Below, piece by piece: positions 52,844 through 63,389 of a stretch of 64,000 bases of DNA (the stretch's first letter is position 1; each line of letters starts with the position of its first letter). This DNA is from an uncultured Phycisphaerales bacterium (lineage in GTDB: Bacteria > Planctomycetota > Phycisphaerae > Tepidisphaerales > Tepidisphaeraceae): assembly GCA_963758525.1 (NCBI GenBank), contig CAVWVQ010000002.1, positions 64,001-128,000 of the forward strand, in the 5' to 3' direction. The translations under genes and the position numbers were made by a program. The notes below the pieces were generated by a model that was not told the origin of the DNA, searched no databases, and was given only the letters and a program-made list of their open reading frames with translations.

Positions 52844-53422
52844 TCAGCCCCGCGGCATATATCCGCACTCGGGGCATCGCCTCGGCGTTGCCCGCAGATC
52901 GTAGCCGCAGTCGGGGCAATGACCCGCGCGGTGCTGCTTCTCCCTGAGCATCAACGCCACCAGGCTCCTGAGCGGCATCACCCCTGTCAGCAGCACGATC
53001 GACCACCACGGCATGCGAACGATCCAGCCATTATCAGGGTATGGCGGGCTCTCGGTATTCCACCGCGGCGCGTGCCAGCCTCGGGCGAGATAAAACCCCC
53101 ATCCGCCTCCCATTCCCTCCCGGACGCCCACATATTCGTAGGCGGCGTCAGCGTCGTCGCGGACATAATCCCATTGCCAGGCACTCTGCGGCTGCGGAAC
53201 GGGAAGACCCGCAGCGCTCATCCATTCGGGCTGCGCATAGTCGAAGAGCAGCCGGATCAGGTGCAGCCCCCCCGCTCCGCTGACCAGCGAGGTGGCGTGA
53301 TACGGAGTCCTCAGTGTCAGATCATCCATAACCCAGTTCCCCCGGATCCAGAAGGCGATCGCCGCTGCGCACAGCACGCCGGATGTCCAAGTGAGGAGAA
53401 TCTTCCGTCGCAAAGAGCGCAT
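52844..53422 (-). CDS. Hypothetical membrane protein with C-terminal zinc ribbon
   Basis: Two hydrophobic segments and CPDCGYDLRATPRRCPECG. Confidence 0.75.
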   Translation of the reverse strand: MRSLRRKILLTWTSGVLCAAAIAFWIRGNWVMDDLTLRTPYHATSLVSGAGGLHLIRLLFDYAQPEWMSAAGLPVPQPQSAWQWDYVRDDADAAYEYVGVREGMGGGWGFYLARGWHAPRWNTESPPYPDNGWIVRMPWWSIVLLTGVMPLRSLVALMLREKQHRAGHCPDCGYDLRATPRRCPECGYMPRG

Positions 53423-53442
53423 CGCGGCTATCTTATCATCAG

Positions 53443-53670
53443 GGCAACGAGGCACGGAGGTAGGAAGGCATGGGAGCAGGAAGGCACGGAGGCACGAAGG
53501 CACAAAGGCACGAAGGGTGAGGAAGGAAGAGACGGCCGATGAGAAAAAATAACTCTCTACAACATCCCCTTCCTTCCCTTCGTGCCTCCGTGCCTGCGTG
53601 CCTTCCTACCTCCGTGCCTGCGTGCCTGCGTGCCTCCGTGCCTTCCTTCCTGCCTTCCTCCCTTCCTCCC
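53443..53670. repeat. Inverted arrays of GGCACG(G/A)A / TCCGTGCC octamers
   Basis: GGCACGGAGGCACGAAGGCACAAAGGCACGAA... and ...CGTGCCTCCGTGCCTGCGTGCC; related unit at 34557-34578. Confidence 0.8.
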
Positions 53671-53727
53671 TTCACTTGACGACGACGGCGCGTGCCGCGA
53701 CGATCCGCGAGAATCGAGCATTTATTT

Positions 53728-54435
53728 GTGAGCCAGCCACCATCACCCTATCCGCCGCAGCAGTTTCCGCGGGATTTTTCCCAATACCAATCCGCTCCTG
53801 ATGCGTTTGCCCCGTCCCGGCGGGCCGCAATCCTTCTGTTCATTCTTGGCGGCTTCTTTGTGCTGGGCAGCGGGTGCATCGGCATCGCCGCCTGGACGCT
53901 TCCGCTCGATCAGCTTCTTGCCAGCTCAAAAATCACGCTTCCGGCGCCGCCGCAAGGCCTGACGATGAACCAGTTCCTCGCGGCCGCCTATACCACCATC
54001 GCGGTGCTCGGCGTGAGTTTCGGCGCGAGTCTGATTATCGTGGGACTCTTCGTTCGGCGGGGAAGCCGCGCGGCGTCCATCACTGCCGTAGTGCTTTGCG
54101 TCCCCGCCGCCCTGTTCTTCCTCTGCAATCTCGGCTCCATTTTCGCGCAGGCCGCCGGTAATCCGGCGAAGATGGTGATCGGTTTGTGTGTAACCTTCGG
54201 GCCGTTTGTGATGCTCGTCCTGGCCTGCGTCTGGCTGATCCAGGGCCTGGGCCAACTGTCCCGCGCCTCGGTTGCCCAGCAGCAATATCAAATGCAGATG
54301 TGGCAGCATCAACAACAACAGGCCACCTTTCAACAGCCTCCCCCGCCCGTGACGAATGATCCATGGCAACGCGGATATGGGATGACTCCCCCGCCACCGC
54401 CGCCCAGCGCACCGCCCGCCCCGCCGGGCGAATGA
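53728..54435 (+). CDS. Hypothetical 4-TM membrane protein with Gln/Pro-rich tail
   Basis: Four hydrophobic segments; QQQ/PPP C-terminus; GTG start inferred. Confidence 0.65.
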   Translation: MSQPPSPYPPQQFPRDFSQYQSAPDAFAPSRRAAILLFILGGFFVLGSGCIGIAAWTLPLDQLLASSKITLPAPPQGLTMNQFLAAAYTTIAVLGVSFGASLIIVGLFVRRGSRAASITAVVLCVPAALFFLCNLGSIFAQAAGNPAKMVIGLCVTFGPFVMLVLACVWLIQGLGQLSRASVAQQQYQMQMWQHQQQQATFQQPPPPVTNDPWQRGYGMTPPPPPPSAPPAPPGE

Positions 54436-54521
54436 TATAGAGCGACGGGCGCCTCGAGACACGCCTCGCAAGCGAGGCGGCTAAAGGATAACGAGTGCTG
54501 CGCACGCCGATCCAGAGCCCC

Positions 54522-54597
54522 CCCGTCCCTCCGTCCCTCCGTCCCTCCGTCCCTTCGTCCCTCCGTCCCTCTCTCCCTTCGTCCCCTCCTCCCTCCC
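54522..54597. repeat. Tandem TCCGTCCC octamer array
   Basis: CCGTCCCTCCGTCCCTCCGTCCCTCCGTCCCTTCGTCCC... between convergent genes. Confidence 0.85.
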
Positions 54598-55653
54598 CTA
54601 CACTTCCCGATCCACCGCGATCGCAATCCTTCGAATCGCCGTCATCATCGCGGCAAACTGTTGCGGCGTGATCGACTGAGCGCCGTCGGTCAACGCATGC
54701 TCCGGATCGTTATGCACCTCGATGATCAGCCCGTCGGCGCCGGCGGCCACCGCGGCGCGGCACATGGAGTCAACCAGATGGCTCTTCCCGGTTCCCTGGC
54801 TGGGATCGACGATTACCGGCAGATGACTCACGCGATGCAGTTCCGGCACTGCAGCCAGCGCCAGCGTGTTGCGGACATAATCTTCGAACGTGCGGATGCC
54901 ACGCTCGCAGAGCATCACGTTGGAGTTCCCCTTGGCCATGATGTACTCGGCGGCGAGAAGGAATTCTTCCAGCGTCGCGCTCATCCCGCGCTTGAGCAGC
55001 ACCGGCTTTGACTGCTCGCCGACGGCGTTCAGCAAGTTGAAATTCTGCATGTTGCGGGCCCCCACCTGCAGCACGTCGGCATATTCCGCCACGAGTTTCA
55101 CCTGCTCCACCGCCATCACTTCCGTCACCACCGCCAGCCCCGTCTCTTCCCGCGCCAGGGCGAGCAGCTTGAGCCCTTCCTCGGCCAGCCCCTGAAACGA
55201 ATACGGGTTTGTCCGCGGCTTGAACGCCCCGCCACGCAACCCGACCGCGCCGGCTTCCTTCACCGCATGCGCGATCTCCAGCAGTTGCGTCTTGCTCTCC
55301 ACGCTGCACGGCCCGGCGATGATCCCGAGCTTCTTCCCGCCCGCGGAAGGCGCCTCCGTCGCCTGCACATCTTTGCCTTTCTGCGGCGGCGTGACGAAGA
55401 ACGGCACCACCGATCGTTCTTTCTTCACTTCCATCGAAGCCATTTTATACGGCGCGAGAATTGGCACGACTTTCTCCACTCCTTCCACGCTTTCCAGCAC
55501 TGTGCGGTCCTTGAAGCGGTCGTTTCCAATCACCGCCACAACGGTCCTCTCGGTTCCGACGATCACGTGATCCTTCAGGCCCATTTCACGAACCAGCTTC
55601 ACCACATGGTCGATCTGACTCTTGTTCGATCCGGATTTCATGACGACGATCAT
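54598..55653 (-). CDS. aroF: 3-deoxy-7-phosphoheptulonate (DAHP) synthase, type I-beta with N-terminal regulatory domain
   Basis: MIVVMK N-terminal ferredoxin-like domain; [39 protein letters not shown]. Confidence 0.93.
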   Translation of the reverse strand: MIVVMKSGSNKSQIDHVVKLVREMGLKDHVIVGTERTVVAVIGNDRFKDRTVLESVEGVEKVVPILAPYKMASMEVKKERSVVPFFVTPPQKGKDVQATEAPSAGGKKLGIIAGPCSVESKTQLLEIAHAVKEAGAVGLRGGAFKPRTNPYSFQGLAEEGLKLLALAREETGLAVVTEVMAVEQVKLVAEYADVLQVGARNMQNFNLLNAVGEQSKPVLLKRGMSATLEEFLLAAEYIMAKGNSNVMLCERGIRTFEDYVRNTLALAAVPELHRVSHLPVIVDPSQGTGKSHLVDSMCRAAVAAGADGLIIEVHNDPEHALTDGAQSITPQQFAAMMTAIRRIAIAVDREV

Positions 55654-55682
55654 CGGGGTTCTCCTGTTGCTTTTTCCCATCC

Positions 55683-55712
55683 AAAAAAAAACCCCAGGAT
55701 CGCGTCCTGAGG
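55683..55712 (-). terminator. Attenuator terminator upstream of aroF
   Basis: Minus strand CCTCAGGA-CGCGA-TCCTGGGG-TTTTTTTTT. Confidence 0.88.
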
Positions 55713-55740
55713 CCGGTTCGTCTGATTGTTGACGGTCAGC

Positions 55741-55812
55741 TCAGAACGCGCGGCCTCGGCGGGTGGTAAAGTACCAACCAAAACCAAAGAACATCGGCGT
55801 CGAGCGGATCAT
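55741..55812 (-). promoter_or_regulatory. Leader peptide ORF of the aroF attenuator: MIRSTPMFFGFGWYFTTRRGRAF
   Basis: 23 codons with an FFGFGWYF cluster; followed by antiterminator and terminator stems; alternative start at 55794. Confidence 0.85.
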
Positions 55813-55994
55813 CGTGCCTGAAAGGTATCACAAGAGGGTCGGAACCGTCAAATGTTCGTGTGGAAGCTTCGCAGTCCATATGCCGGCTGCTGTATTTCTT
55901 TCACGGCAGGAACATTGCCGTCGCGGCCCACGGGACGTTGCATCTCGGATCTCCCTTCTTCCCTTCGATTCCACTCCTGCTCTAATACAACCGA

Positions 55995-56671
55995 ATGCCG
56001 TCGATCTACGCCACCGCCCTGGGCTCGGATTTTGGCCGGCTCCATCCGCACATTCAGAAGCGATATGGGTTCGACAGCACCAGCGGCGTCGGCGCGATCT
56101 GCCGCGGAATCATGCAACGGATCTGGCATGGGCCGTTCTATACGCTGCCGTTCCTCCATGTCGGCAGTTGGCGTCGGATCATGTTCCCCGAACGCGGGGA
56201 GAACATCCCGTTCACTGTCGAGAATTACGCCTACCGCGATCAGTTCGATCGCGAAACCGTCACCTGGCTTCGTTCCTTTCAAATGCGAAAGCTCCGCCGA
56301 TTGATGAATACATGATCTTCAGTGAACGGCGCAACTGCGTGGTCATTTACCTCGGCACGCATCAGCATCTCGCCGCCGACGCGGAACTGTCGGTCGATTC
56401 GCGCGGCGGACTGCGCATGCGCAGCGGCGATCAGCGACTCTACGAGCAAATGATCGGCTTCCGATTTCCGATGGCGTTCTCAGCCGTCGCGAATGTGTGC
56501 GAGTGGTATGACGACGCCGTGGGAACCTTCCGCATCGAAGTCGACGTGAGCAATCGTCTCTTCGGAAAGGTGTTCGGGTGCGCCGGTTCCTTCGACGTGG
56601 AATGGCTCAGCATCACCGAGCAGCAGATCCCCGCGCGCGTCAAGCCGATGCGGGTCGAGCAGCGGGAGTGA
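55995..56671 (+). CDS. DUF4166-like protein (frameshift near 56295)
   Basis: MPSIYATALGSDFGRLHP, FPERG, ETVTWLRSF; YLGTHQHLA, EWYDD, GSF. Confidence 0.75.
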
Positions 56672-56800
56672 GACGATGACGATCGTCAGCTTCGTTCGCA
56701 CGCATTTGACTTTCGGAAGCTATTTGGCACAAATGATTCGACCCGGCTCAGCTTGTGCGCAGCGGTTGGTTCGTCGCGAGAAGATGGAGCCTGAAAATTA

Positions 56801-56875
56801 CGGGGCGTAGCTCAGCTTGGCTAGAGCACCTGGTTTGGGACCAGGACGTCGCAGGTTCAAATCCTGTCGCCCCGA
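56801..56875 (+). tRNA. tRNA-Pro(TGG); CCA not encoded
   Basis: Acceptor CGGGGCG/CGCCCCG, anticodon arm CCTGG-TTTGGGA-CCAGG, T-arm GCAGG-TTCAAAT-CCTGT. Confidence 0.95.
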
Positions 56876-57108
56876 TTTGACGAGACGAAAAGCCTGTCGT
56901 CATCTGAACGTCGTCAATGTCGCTTGCAGCATCGGTGTTGCAAACGTCCAACAGCCCGGATGGCGGTTCAACGTCGGGGGAGTTTCTGTTATCCGCTCGC
57001 CTCCTTGCATAAAAGCCTGCCAAGTCAGGCAACGACCCGCTGACGCGACCCTCGGCGACATGAGCTTGGTGACGTTTTTGAAAACTTCGACTTCGCGGCG
57101 GGCCGCCG

Positions 57109-58140
57109 TCAGCCCTTGAACACCCGAAACAACAGATAGAGCGACGGCAGCAGTAACGCCATGCCGAATGGCAGGCATGCCAGGAGAAAGCGGAGCGTCG
57201 CCGCGGGGGCCGCAGCTTGGGCGAGCGTCACGTCAGGGTAGACAAAGTACGGCAGTTGGGCGACGCCCCACCCCAGGATCAGCAGAATGATCTCCGTCGC
57301 GGCGAAAATTCGGCTCAGGCGGTAGTGCCGGCGGAACACGGCCACGGCGGACGCCACAAATGCCGTCAGGCCCGCGAAGATCATCGGCAAGGAGCGCGGG
57401 CCCATGAGCTGTGCGAAAAACCACGGAACCTGATGGCGCGCCACTACCATGACGACGCCCGATAGCGCGGCGGTTGTCGTTCCCGCGAAAATCGCCCGGC
57501 GACGAAAGTCCTCGCGAAGTTCTCCGTCACACTCCGCGACCAAATAAACGGCAGCAAGATAGGCGAATGCCGAAAGCGCCAGGAGCCCGCATCCAATGCA
57601 GTAGGGACTGAGCCAGACGATGGGGTAAACCGGCATGATTGTTGCGTTGCCCGAAGCGCTGAGGCGCACATCACCCGACGTGACGACGCCAAAGGCCGCT
57701 CCCAGCAGCAGCGGAGTTGCGATGCTCACCGCACCGAACACGGTTCCCCACGCACGCGGATGTGCCAGCCAATGCGGGGTCTTTTCCATCTCCTCGCGGC
57801 CATAACTCGCATAGGCGCGGAACACAAAAGCCGCTCCGCGGAGGATGATTCCCGCCAGCGCCAGATGAAACGGCACAAATAGCGCAATGCTCAACACTGA
57901 GTACCCGTTGGGAAAACAGGTGAACAAGACGACCAGCAGGAAGATCAACCAGACGTGGTTCGCTTCCCATACCGGGCCCATTGCATGCGCGACCGCATCC
58001 CGCTGTGCCTGGCGGCGCGGGCCCGAGGCAAGCAGATCCCAGACTCCCCCGCCAAAATCCGCGCCGGCGAGAACCGCGTACGCCATCAGGGCAAACAATG
58101 CCACGGCGGCCGCGAGGATTTGAAGCGTCGAATCGGTCAT
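57109..58140 (-). CDS. cydB: Cytochrome bd ubiquinol oxidase subunit II
   Basis: GADFGGGVW, GPVWEANHVWLI, LRGAAFVFR, YLLFRVFKG. Confidence 0.93.
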   Translation of the reverse strand: MTDSTLQILAAAVALFALMAYAVLAGADFGGGVWDLLASGPRRQAQRDAVAHAMGPVWEANHVWLIFLLVVLFTCFPNGYSVLSIALFVPFHLALAGIILRGAAFVFRAYASYGREEMEKTPHWLAHPRAWGTVFGAVSIATPLLLGAAFGVVTSGDVRLSASGNATIMPVYPIVWLSPYCIGCGLLALSAFAYLAAVYLVAECDGELREDFRRRAIFAGTTTAALSGVVMVVARHQVPWFFAQLMGPRSLPMIFAGLTAFVASAVAVFRRHYRLSRIFAATEIILLILGWGVAQLPYFVYPDVTLAQAAAPAATLRFLLACLPFGMALLLPSLYLLFRVFKG

Positions 58141-58153
58141 GTCCAGACTTCAA

Positions 58154-59489
58154 TCAAGCCAGCGCCGGCCGCGAAGTGGATGGGTGGTGCATCTCCATCG
58201 GAAGATTTCCAATATGTCGAAGCAATGCAACGACGACAACCGCCAGCAGCAGATAGAGCAGGGAGAATCCGAAGAAAAAGATCGGCACATTCGGATTGGG
58301 CGTGACTGCATCGGCCGTGCGCAACACGCCATTGATGACCCACGGCTGGCGGCCCAGTTCAGTGACCATCCATCCGGCCTCCAGCGCAATGAACCCCAGC
58401 GGCCCGGCGAAGACGATCATCCGCAACAACCAGCGATACGAGAGGACATCGAGGCCGTTTCGCCATCGCAATCCCCAAAAAAGCATCGAAACGAATAGCA
58501 ATAGCGTTCCACATCCGACCATCACGTCAAAGGCCAGATGTTCGGCCGGAACATCGGGCCAATCCTGGCGCGGAATGTCGTCGAGCCCTTTCACCTCCGC
58601 GTCGAAATGATGCGTCGCCAGGAAACTCAAGCCCCCTGGAATCTCGATAGCTCCAACATCCCGACGCGCGTTCACATCGGGAAACCCGCCGATGTGCAGC
58701 GGAGCGTATCGCAGGGTCTTGAATTCACCTTCCATGCCGGCGAATTTCGCGGGTTGGGTCTGATAAACGAATTTGGCGATCGCGTCGCCAGCGAGGGGCT
58801 GCAGCAGCGCGGCGACACCGCCCACCGCAAGTGCAATGACGATCGCCGAGCGGTGATAGGCATCGCGCCTGCCGCGCAACAACCCCATCGCATAGATGGC
58901 CGCGACGGCAAATGGCACCGACGAATAACAGGCAAGAGTCGAATGAACGCTCATGACGGCCCAGGCGTAGGTTTTGAAGATCGCTGCCGGATCGGTGGAC
59001 GTTACGCGACCGGCAGAATCCATCGTGAAGCCGATCGGCAACTGCATCCACGCATTGACCGCCAGCACGAGCACGCCTGAAACCGCTCCACTGAGGGCAA
59101 TCATGATCCCGCAGAGCCAATGTCCGACGGGGGAAAGTCGATCCCAACCGTAGAGATACAGCCCGATAAAAATCGCTTCGATGAAGAACGCAAAGCCTTC
59201 CAGGCCAAAGGCCGGTCCGGCGACGGCGCCCGCGATTTGCATATACTTCGGCCACAGCAACCCCAGTTCAAGGGACAGCGCGGTTCCGGAGACGGCCCCG
59301 ACGGCGAACAGCAGTCCGGTCGCCTTGGCCCACTTGCGCAAGGGCGAGGTAATGCGTTTGGCGGGTGCGCAGATAGAGACCTTCGGCGATGACCAGAAGG
59401 AGCGGCAAGCCAATCCCGATCGCCGCGAAGATGATATGAAACACCAGCGAAAGCGCCATTTGTCCGCGAGCTGCGATCAGCGAATTCAT
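58154..59489 (-). CDS. cydA: Cytochrome bd ubiquinol oxidase subunit I (frameshift near 59345)
   Basis: ARGQMALSLVFHIIF; FAVGAVSG, FFIEAIFIG, NAWMQ, QPAKFAGME, GWMVTELGRQPW. Confidence 0.93.
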
Positions 59490-59719
59490 GACGCCTCGGC
59501 GTTAAGAAATACGAAAAATGATGGTTGCAAAGTGTCTGCTCATGTTGTCCGCAGTTCTCCCTCGCCACAATCCCCCCGGCACGACGAGCCCGAAGCAGGC
59601 ATATTCCCGGAAGATCGGCCACGCACGCGGCACGGGAATGCGAATTTTCCGTCGGGCGGCGCTCGCTGCAGACCCGATACTCAAACAATAGGCCGCCTAT
59701 CTGCACGGAGGATCTGACG

Positions 59720-60628
59720 ATGCTTGCAAGAAGGTTTCCCAGCACGCGCGCTGTTGGTCGCCGATCGCTCACCGAGACGCTGGAGCCGCGTGCATATTTC
59801 TGTGGCCTGGCGGCGCCGACCGCTGGGTCCGTTATGCCGGCCGGGGCATCGACCAGTTTCATCTCGGCAACATTAGAGCACGCGACCGCCGTGCCCGACG
59901 GACCCACGGTTCTCACTCCAGTCATTACCGCGGAAACCCTGCCGGCTTCCGCGCCTGCTGGTATCCCGCTTACGAAGGCTTCGGTAACCGTGCAACTTAC
60001 CAATGCGTCGGCCATCAGCGCGAGAGGGCCGGTGACGATCAACCTGTATGCGGCACACGGCGCGACGCTGAACACCGATACCGACACGATTATCGCGCAT
60101 GCAACAAAATCGGAACCGCTGAAGATCGGGAAGTTCGCAACCCTCATCATTCCGATCCGGTCTTTTCCGTCGAGCCTGATCGGCAGCACGTACCACCTGA
60201 TCGCGCAAGCGGTCGACTCGGCAGGCGCAGCCACGTCGGCCTCCGGAGGCGCTTTCAGCGTCGCGGCCCCATCAATCTCATTGTCAGAGAATATCACTTC
60301 TTTGAAATTGCCCGCCACGGTTCACAGCGGGGCCAGGCTGACGGGATCTTTTCTGGACCTGACGATCGCCAACCATGGCAACATCACCGATAACGGCTTC
60401 ACCATCGATCTGTCGGCATCGCGCTCTTCGGACGAGCCGGGAGGTTCGTTCCTGCATTTTAAGAGAAGAACCAAAATCGCGGCAGGTGCTTCAATTGCCG
60501 TAATCATCCCGCTTCGAAAGGCTCCGGTGCTCGCGCCGGGAAGCTTTTACTTCATTGCCCTGACGACCGATTCCCAGGGCGGCATCAGCTTGCCGGCCTC
60601 GGGAAGCCCGTTTGTGATTTCGTCATAG
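59720..60628 (+). CDS. Planctomycete-type extracellular protein (ETLEPR leader) with beta-sandwich domains
   Basis: RBS GGAGGA; leader RRSLTETLEPRAYF; C-terminal ~220 aa paralogous to the next gene. Confidence 0.75.
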   Translation: MLARRFPSTRAVGRRSLTETLEPRAYFCGLAAPTAGSVMPAGASTSFISATLEHATAVPDGPTVLTPVITAETLPASAPAGIPLTKASVTVQLTNASAISARGPVTINLYAAHGATLNTDTDTIIAHATKSEPLKIGKFATLIIPIRSFPSSLIGSTYHLIAQAVDSAGAATSASGGAFSVAAPSISLSENITSLKLPATVHSGARLTGSFLDLTIANHGNITDNGFTIDLSASRSSDEPGGSFLHFKRRTKIAAGASIAVIIPLRKAPVLAPGSFYFIALTTDSQGGISLPASGSPFVISS

Positions 60629-60887
60629 CCTCAGACCCGCACACGCATAGCCTGCGCAATTTCTTTGAAAGCTGCCGGAGGGCGGTTCTTTGCAGCACGG
60701 CCGTCCCGGCTGTGATTCCAAACCCACAGCCCAGACGCCTGTGCTATATGATTGCGCCACTGGTGGTTTGGGAATCAATCAAGTTATTCGTGTGCGAGGA
60801 CTCAGACGCCGCTTCACCCATCGGCCTATTCGGATTAGCATGAACGCTTTGAATAGAGTGGCGCACATTCGGCTGGAGGACGTGACG

Positions 60888-63108
60888 ATGTTGAGTGCAA
60901 AGTTTTCCCGCAAAAGAGTTGCTGTTCGCCGGACAATTGCAGAAGCGATGGAGCCGCGCGCGTATCTCACCGCCGTGGCATTTGCGACGCCGGTGCCGAT
61001 TCCGATCGCTAATTCCGCAGCGACGGCCGGCGTGTTCACCAGTTCTGTTTCAGCGGATTTCAACGGCGACGGGCTGCCGGACTATGCCACGCTCGATCGC
61101 GCCAATCAGACGCTCGACGTGATGATCAACAACGGGAACGGCACATTTTCCCGAAGCCAGACGCTGGCGACCGGTCGGCAGCCCGACTCGCTCCAGGCGG
61201 TCGCTTTGACCAACGGCAATATCGATCTGCTGTTCGTCAACTCCGTCGATGCAACCGCCGAATTCTACACCGGCGACGGAAACGGCACATTCGCCACGAC
61301 GCCGACGACCTTCAGCATCGGCTCGGCGCAGTCGTCGAGCTTCGCAGGCACAGTGACCGCGGACACCATCAATGCCGCGGATGTCACCGGCGACGGCTTT
61401 CCCGATATTCTCGTCGGGACGACCAACGGCGCATTGATCACCCTGTTGAACAACGGCAGCGGGCAGTTCAATCAGCAAGAGGCCGTTCAGGGCGGCCTCG
61501 GCGCGTCCGGCAACTTTTTCAATTCGACGAATACCACCGACGTGGTCAACGCGCTGCCGAACGGAGACATTCAGATATTCACCGATCACGGGGCCGGGCT
61601 GGCGCTTACCAGCGCGGCTACCACGGTTCCCAATACACTGGCCAACCAATCCAGCTATCAGTTGGCCGGCAATATCGTCGTCGGGGATTTCAACAACGAC
61701 GGCAACCTCGACATCGCCGCGGTGATCACCGACTCGCAAACCAACACGTCCTACGTGAGCACGCTGCTGGGAAATGGAGATGGAACGTTTCAGACGCCGG
61801 TATTGACGACGATTACCAGCGGAGCGACCCGGCTCCAGGTCGGCAGTTTCACCGGCGGGAGCAACGAAGATTTGCTGGCGCTCTACTCCGATCAGACCGC
61901 CGTACTCACCGGCAACGGCAACGGCACATTTACCGCGGCCAGCGTCAGCATTCCCGAAAGCGGCTGGAATTCCACCGCGATCGCCGACTTCAACAACGAC
62001 GGCCTGTTCGACGTCGTCTTCGGCAACCAGTTGCTGCTCGACACCACCGGATTGACGACCACCAGGACCTTCGTCAGCTCCACTGCCAACCCGGTCGCCC
62101 CCGGGCAGAGCGTTACTCTCAAGGCATCCGTCACCGGCGCCGGCGGAACGCCGTCGGGCAATGTGGCGTTTTTCGATACCACATCCGCGACCAGTGAGAA
62201 ACTGCTCGGCGTCGGCAAACTCACCGGCGGAGCTGCGAATATCAGCGTCGGACTCGGGAACACGGCCGCCACTCATCGCATCGTGGCGGAATATCTGGGC
62301 GATACCAAGTTCGCGGCCGGCAGCTCCACCGCCTTGAGCGAATCCGTCGAGAAGAACGCGGGCATCCCCATTGGCCCGACGATTCTCACGCCGACTGTCG
62401 TCAAAGAATCGCTCCCAGGTTCCGCGCCGGCCGGCACGAAGCTGACCAATGCCTCGGTGACGGTGCGGCTCACCAACGCCAGCGCCATCGACGCCAAAGG
62501 CCCGGTGACGATCAACCTCTACGCGGCTGTCGGGACCACACTGGACACCAGCGTGGATACGCTTCTCACGCACGTTTCGAAATCCGAATCGCTCAAGTTG
62601 ACCAAGAGCAGCAACATTCAGCATTCCGATCAAGTCGCTGCCATCGAGCCTGATCGGCGGGACGTATCATCTGATCGTGCAGACGGTCGACTCGGCCGGG
62701 ACTGCGTCCGCCGCGTCCACCGCTACGTTCGCCGTGGCTGCGCCGGTCATCACATTGTCGGAGCGGATTGGCTCTCTCAAGCTCCCCGCCACGATCGTTA
62801 GCGGCACAAAGCTCAGTGGATCGTCCCTGAATCTAGTCATCACCAACAGCGGAAACATCACCGATAACGGGTTTTCGATCGATCTGTCCGCGTCGCAGGA
62901 TCCGGATGAACCGGGAGGATCGTTCCTGCATTTCAAGCGCGCGACAAAAATCGCGGCGGGAAAATCAATCGCCGTAAAGATTCCGATCGGCAGGGCGCCG
63001 GTGCTCGCGCCGGGAAGCTACTACATGATTGCGCTCACGACGGACTCCGAAGGAGGCATCAGTCTGCCGCCGGCGGGAAGCGTGTTTGCGGTCTCAGCAC
63101 CAAACTGA
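60888..63108 (+). CDS. Extracellular FG-GAP/VCBS-repeat + Ig-like domain protein (frameshift near 62620)
   Basis: Leader EAMEPRAYL; ADFNGDGLPD, DVTGDGFPD, GDFNNDGNLD, ADFNNDGLFD repeats; SSTANP...PSGNVAF...AEYLGD Ig-like domain. Confidence 0.85.
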
Positions 63109-63197
63109 CGCAAACCTCCCCCCCGGTTTAGCCTGTGCTTCTCGTTGGAATACGCGCTTCGCTGCGCGTCTCGGGTAACCTGCGGCTAAAAGGCGGT

Positions 63198-63343
63198 TTC
63201 AGAACCTGTTTAGCCGCGCCGCGCAGCGAAGCGCGTCCAAGAGCGCGTATTGACAGATTGCGTCAAACTCGCAGAAAACGCCGCTGGACACGCTCCGCTG
63301 CGCGTCGCGGCTAAACAGGTAACACACAACTTAAGGTTCTGAA
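63198..63343. repeat. Nested inverted repeats: outer GTTTCAGAACC/GGTTCTGAAAC around a REP-like doublet
   Basis: Inner CCTGTTTAGCCGCG...CGCAGCG / CGCTGCG...CGCGGCTAAACAGG; related units near 63126-63190 and 16550-16579. Confidence 0.7.
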
Positions 63344-63389
63344 ACGGGCTCTGGACCGGGCGAAAGCACGCCGCGTTGAACTTTGAATC

